The notes under the pieces were generated by a model. That model was not told the origin of the DNA. It saw nothing but the letters and a program-made list of their open reading frames with translations, and did not search any database. The position numbers and the translations under genes were made by a program. From Desulfobulbaceae bacterium UBA2276 (GTDB taxonomy: Bacteria; Desulfobacterota; Desulfobulbia; Desulfobulbales; Desulfocapsaceae): 18,555 nucleotides of DNA. The stretch is taken from positions 1 to 18,555 of the forward strand of contig DDWW01000033.1 in NCBI GenBank assembly GCA_002347085.1, written 5' to 3'. This document shows, one piece after another, positions 14,788 to 18,555 of this stretch; positions within the stretch are counted from its first letter, which is position 1, and each line of letters opens with the position of its first letter.

Positions 14788-16065
14788 TTATTGTTTGATG
14801 TTAAAAAAAGGAATGGTTGCGCCAGGAATCATTTGAGTGGGGAGCTTTCCGTCCCATTTCTCAGAGCGGATCAGTTCCACCAGATTTTGATTTTGGGCAA
14901 GCGCGTCCGCTTTGGCACGAATAGCCCCTGCTTCTGCATCACCGCGTAACTTAGTGGCCTGAGCTTCGGCTGTTGCCCGAGCCAAGGCGGAATCGGCTTC
15001 GGCCTGGGCCTTGGTCACCACGATTTTAGCTTCTACCCGTTCTTTTTCCAGATCTTGATTACGGGTTGCAACAGCTACTTCCGCGTTCATACGGGCGGAA
15101 ATTGCGTTTTCGTATGCCTGTGAGAAATCAATATTTTCAACTTGGAGCGAATCAATTACTACCGGTCCCTTGATATTGTCGCGCAGTGCCTGGGATATAT
15201 CGGCAATTAATTTGACACGGTTTTGCACGGCACTGACCGCATTAAACTGGCCAAAGACATTCTCCACCTGTGTCGGTGCTTGACGACTCATAACCCGGCT
15301 TTCCAGGCCACTGATATTACCATATTCCGTATAAACATTTGCCACTTGATCCGGTGGCACATGGTAAGAAATGGACACTCGCAGTTCTGCGGGTTGCTGA
15401 TCCTTACTGTAGGCAGATAGCTTGTCAAACACCAAGGCTTGGTGCTGGATGGAAATTTTATTCACCGAGTCCATTATGGGTATTTTGAAGTGTAATCCAG
15501 GCTCGGCTATTTTGATAATGCGTCCATTTCGTAGCACAACTCCGCGTTCCTTGCTATCAACAGTGTACCATGTACCAAAAAAGATGCCGATACCAATAAG
15601 CAGAAAGAGTGAAGTGAAAATTACTTTTTTTTGAGAGATAGGTGCTGTTAGCATGATTGCAGGTGTCTGGAAAGAATGAAAAAGAGTTTTTAGATTTGGC
15701 CTTGTTGCAAAGCTCAATCTGTACTTGCCAAGAATACTTGAGGGTATATTCCCCGTTATCTGAGATTCAGTGTCCTGGGTTTCATCGGGAGCATGGTGCG
15801 AATCTGTAATAAGTTCTCCTTGCCCGACTCTTTCTTGAGTTTTTTGAATAGACCTCTTGATAGCAATATAGAGCAAATAAGGAATAGAAATAAAGGCTAA
15901 GAAGGCTAATGTTACATCAAAGCGCATTCCTTTTGATCTGGTGGCACCATAAAGCAATGCCATGATCCAAAATAACGCATTGCAAAACAAAAGCGTTTGC
16001 ACAAGGAGAAACAATAATCTTTTTACCGCTTGTATTGAGGATTGCTCAGTCAACAGAAGTACCAT
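14788..16065 (-). CDS. SPFH/band-7 (HflK/C- or flotillin-like) membrane protein with a roughly 135-aa AT-rich N-terminal extension of two TM helices. An internal start at 15654 (MLTAPISQKK…) is possible.
   Basis: The C-terminal 290 aa has a TM helix (VIFTSLFLLIGIGIFFGTWY), an SPFH core (…RGVVLRNGRIIKIAEPGLHFKIPIMDSV…) and an Ala/Glu-rich coiled-coil tail. The N-terminal 135 aa have two further hydrophobic helices and no stop before the SPFH part. Neither candidate start has a good SD. Confidence 0.75.
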   Translation of the reverse strand: MVLLLTEQSSIQAVKRLLFLLVQTLLFCNALFWIMALLYGATRSKGMRFDVTLAFLAFISIPYLLYIAIKRSIQKTQERVGQGELITDSHHAPDETQDTESQITGNIPSSILGKYRLSFATRPNLKTLFHSFQTPAIMLTAPISQKKVIFTSLFLLIGIGIFFGTWYTVDSKERGVVLRNGRIIKIAEPGLHFKIPIMDSVNKISIQHQALVFDKLSAYSKDQQPAELRVSISYHVPPDQVANVYTEYGNISGLESRVMSRQAPTQVENVFGQFNAVSAVQNRVKLIADISQALRDNIKGPVVIDSLQVENIDFSQAYENAISARMNAEVAVATRNQDLEKERVEAKIVVTKAQAEADSALARATAEAQATKLRGDAEAGAIRAKADALAQNQNLVELIRSEKWDGKLPTQMIPGATIPFFNIKQ

Positions 16066-16110
16066 GGAATAAATATGGATCCGGATTTACTCTGAACAGC
16101 TCCATAACGC

Positions 16111-16725
16111 TTAAAATGTAATACCAACCAGCAGTTTGCCCGAGTTCAGCGGGTCATTGGGTTCCTCGCTGCCGCCATTGGAGATATGATGGTAACGCAA
16201 TTCAAACAGGAGATTGTAGCTCTGGGCCATTTCATATTCCATCCCGATACCGAACTGATAGTTACCGTTCAATTCCGCACCCATGCCGGGAACATCGGCA
16301 AAACTATACACCGGGCCGCCGCCGCCAAACAGATAGGGGTGGACCGCATTACTTGCGGTAAAGGTATAACAGGCGAGGAAGTTCATGCCAATCATGCTGG
16401 AAGTATCGGGACTGACCATAAAATGAAGGGGCAGCTCCACCAGGACGGAATGAAAGCCGCGATACCAGCCGGAGCCGATGTCATCAAAGATAAGATGCGA
16501 GTAGCGAGGGACAAGGTCAAGGGTTTCAACCCGTTGGGTGGTCTGCCCCCAGCCGGGGAAGCTCTGGCCATAACCGCCCAGCACTGCCCAGGTGTCTTTT
16601 GAGGTGTCAATGGGGGCAGAGGCAGCCGGCAAGGCAGTGCCTATTGCCAGAGAAAACACTAAAGGCATAAAGTAGGTATGTCTGTTAAAGAATTTTTTCT
16701 TCCACATAAATTGCTTTCTGTGCAT
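16111..16725 (-). CDS. PagL-like outer-membrane lipid A 3-O-deacylase / acyloxyacyl hydrolase
   Basis: 204 aa with an N-terminal signal peptide (…FMPLVFSLAIGTALPAASAP). The size fits a beta-barrel. The C-terminus …YHHISNGG…NDPLNSG…ITF has the His-x-Ser-Asn motif characteristic of the PagL family, and ends in an aromatic residue. The SD-like GGGGGA is 5 nt before ATG 16725. Confidence 0.65.
   Translation of the reverse strand: MHRKQFMWKKKFFNRHTYFMPLVFSLAIGTALPAASAPIDTSKDTWAVLGGYGQSFPGWGQTTQRVETLDLVPRYSHLIFDDIGSGWYRGFHSVLVELPLHFMVSPDTSSMIGMNFLACYTFTASNAVHPYLFGGGGPVYSFADVPGMGAELNGNYQFGIGMEYEMAQSYNLLFELRYHHISNGGSEEPNDPLNSGKLLVGITF
16130..16182 (-). repeat. Copy B of the roughly 53-nt direct repeat. 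This one is the authentic 3' coding end of the PagL-like gene.
   Basis: It matches 14701-14753 at 87% identity on the same strand. It lies within the last 24 codons of the 16111..16725 CDS. Confidence 0.6.
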
Positions 16726-16734
16726 AGTTTCCCC

Positions 16735-17703
16735 CTACCGTGTCGGCATGGAATCGATGATGTATTGGGCCACAATTTTTCCCATATCATCGACCAAGGT
16801 CTCATCGGTACCGCTATAGGAGGCACCGAAGGCGTTATTCCAACTGGACATTTTTTCGTCACGGACTACTTTTTGGGTGGCACTGTCGATGAGTTGAAGG
16901 TTCAATTCCAGCCCTGAACTGCCTGCCATAGGCCCTGCCCACATGCGGGCGGCGACCGGGACAATACGCAACTCGGTAATATCAGCCTTGATAATAAGTG
17001 TATTCCCAGCACCGGCTTGCCCTTCTGAGGCGGTAGTAATCTTCTTGAAACGATTTGCCATCTGCAAGGCCGTCATCATACTGTGCTGCAATTCTGAGAC
17101 CGCCTTGGGTGAATCTTTGGCAATCTCTGGTTTGGCGGTGAAGGTGGAAAAAACAAGATTTTCATACTGCTTCTCCAGCTTTTTCACGGGAGACGCGGTC
17201 GTCTGATCGGCCTGATCAGTATTCTGTTCAACTTGCTTATTATCCTGCTTGACTGGCTCCGGTGCTTCTTTCTTTGGAGCATTATCCTGAGATGTCGAAA
17301 CGCTTGCAGGTGGGGATGGGGCTTGAGGAGTGGGCTGTGCCGTTTGCTCTTTGATTTTTTGTTCTACCATGCTGAGGGTGTTCGTATCAGTATGGCCGGT
17401 TTCAGCAAGATTGTTTTCTTGCTGAAACTTCTTTATTGCCTTGAGAGTGCCTTTGCCCAGCTTGCCATCAGCTGCTCCCGGCTTGTAACCCAGGGTCGAG
17501 AGTTGTTGTTGCAGCTGGATGATTTCTTGTTTGGAGAGTTTTTTGATTTCGTTGCTGGTTGCCTTGGGAGCTGATGCCGATGTTTGAGTATCAAGCTCTG
17601 GCTTAACCTCGGTGTCGGACGGTGGAGGATTTGTCGCCGTGCATCCAGTTAAAATAACTACCAGGGAAAAAAGAAAAAAAGTTTTATAGAATTTGTTTGC
17701 CAT
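16735..17703 (-). CDS. Lipoprotein with a peptidoglycan-binding (PG_binding_1-like) domain, a Pro/Gln-rich linker and a C-terminal domain of unknown function. The start is refined to ATG 17703.
   Basis: MANKFYKTFFLFSLVVILTGC has a lipobox (LTGC). …LQQQLSTLGYKPGAADGKLGKGTLKAIKKFQQENNLAETGHTDTNTL fits the PG_binding_1 consensus. AAGGAAG lies 5 nt upstream of ATG 17703. The 17778 start in the ORF track adds 25 non-signal residues. Confidence 0.7.
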   Translation of the reverse strand: MANKFYKTFFLFSLVVILTGCTATNPPPSDTEVKPELDTQTSASAPKATSNEIKKLSKQEIIQLQQQLSTLGYKPGAADGKLGKGTLKAIKKFQQENNLAETGHTDTNTLSMVEQKIKEQTAQPTPQAPSPPASVSTSQDNAPKKEAPEPVKQDNKQVEQNTDQADQTTASPVKKLEKQYENLVFSTFTAKPEIAKDSPKAVSELQHSMMTALQMANRFKKITTASEGQAGAGNTLIIKADITELRIVPVAARMWAGPMAGSSGLELNLQLIDSATQKVVRDEKMSSWNNAFGASYSGTDETLVDDMGKIVAQYIIDSMPTR

Positions 17704-17854
17704 TGTTTCTTCCTTTGTTAAGTTGCTTGCAGCATAGATTATACAAAATAGCGAGTGCAATGAGTTCAATTTGCTCATGAATAGTAGTCAATTTAACTGG
17801 TTATTCATCATACTGAATTGCAACCAATAGTCAATACGAAATGGTGGAAAAGAT

Positions 17855-18555
17855 ATGAATAACGCTGAGATGGCAAAAGTCCTGATTATCGGCTCCGGGA
17901 TCGGCGGCTTGAGTATCGGCATTATTCTGGCCAAACTGGGGTTTGAGGTCACGGTGGTCGAAAAAAACAGGCAGCCTGGCGGGATGATGCGCAGCTTTGT
18001 GCGTCAGGGGGTGCATTGCAATGTCGGCCTGCATTATCTGGGGGCACTCGATGAGGGGCAGGTTCTGCGCCGCTGTTTTGATTATCTCGGCGTAACCAAT
18101 GAGTTACCGCTCGTGCGGATGGGCGTGGACGGCCCCATTGATCGCTACCTGTTTACTGATAAGGGGTTGGGGGTTGAAGCCTTTGATGTCCCTGTTGGAT
18201 TTGAGGCCTATGAGGCCAATTTGCGAGCTGCCTTTCCCGCTCAACACCAGCAGATTGATTTCTTGATGGCGATGCTGCGCCGCAGCGGGGGGCAGTTTGA
18301 TCGGCTGGACTTTCTCTATACGGACAAACCAATGCAATCCTGGTTTGAACAGGCTGAACCGCTGGGGGCAATCTTTGACCGTATCGGTTGCAGCCCGGGG
18401 TTGCGGGCGGTCTTCGGCCTGCCTTCAGTGCTGATCGGTGTTCCGCCGGCAGTCTGTCCGCAATTTTATCATACCATGACCTTGGCCAGTTATCTCTTGT
18501 CAGCCTGGCGTCTGGCGGGCAATGGTGCGCACATGGCCGATGTCTGTACCCGGCG
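17855..18555 (+). CDS. FAD/NAD(P)-binding oxidoreductase of the phytoene-desaturase/amine-oxidase (CrtI-like) type. It is 5'-complete and 3'-truncated by the window end.
   Basis: The frame is open from ATG 17855 to the window end. …[36 protein letters not shown]… is a canonical GxGxxG-(x17)-E dinucleotide-binding motif followed by RxGG. The ORF track omits it because it has no stop. Confidence 0.75.
   Translation, partial: MNNAEMAKVLIIGSGIGGLSIGIILAKLGFEVTVVEKNRQPGGMMRSFVRQGVHCNVGLHYLGALDEGQVLRRCFDYLGVTNELPLVRMGVDGPIDRYLFTDKGLGVEAFDVPVGFEAYEANLRAAFPAQHQQIDFLMAMLRRSGGQFDRLDFLYTDKPMQSWFEQAEPLGAIFDRIGCSPGLRAVFGLPSVLIGVPPAVCPQFYHTMTLASYLLSAWRLAGNGAHMADVCTR

Overview
The window splits into two parts. 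Positions 1-9950 hold a conserved + strand housekeeping block. In order it contains a dnaX 3' fragment (partial), ybaB/ebfC, recR, tRNA-Val(GAC), thrS, infC, rpmI, rplT, pheS, pheT, ihfA, a small MerR-family regulator and tRNA-Pro(GGG). This block ends in a convergent terminator region. Positions 10108-17778 hold nine co-directional minus-strand genes that look envelope- or lipid-related and accessory. They are a PG-binding lipoprotein, a PagL-like lipid A deacylase/acyloxyacyl hydrolase, an SPFH/band-7 protein with an odd N-terminal extension, YciB, a 171-aa protein of unknown family, a BtrH_N/DUF4872-like putative acyl/aminoacyl transferase, an ABC ATPase, an ABC-2 permease and an acyl carrier protein. 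A partial + strand FAD-dependent (CrtI-like) oxidoreductase starts at 17855 and runs off the window. GC content and gene content suggest a deltaproteobacterium-like organism. No CRISPR, IS element or integrase was seen. Five things stand out. (1) Three related stem-loops are built on a quasi-palindromic CGTTACG core, and two of them begin exactly at the stop codons of thrS and pheS with one compensatory arm change. (2) infC almost certainly initiates at an AUU codon about 60 nt upstream of the first in-frame ATG. (3) The SPFH gene is flanked by a roughly 53-nt, 87% identical direct repeat, and one copy is a decayed duplicate of the PagL C-terminus. (4) The ACP, BtrH-like protein and ABC-2 exporter form a tightly coupled operon that may be an uncharacterised ACP-dependent acyl-transfer and export module. 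(5) Several candidate regulatory sites lie in leaders: a tRNA-Pro promoter with tandem 11-mers, a thrS leader palindrome, and a 12-nt palindrome upstream of infC.
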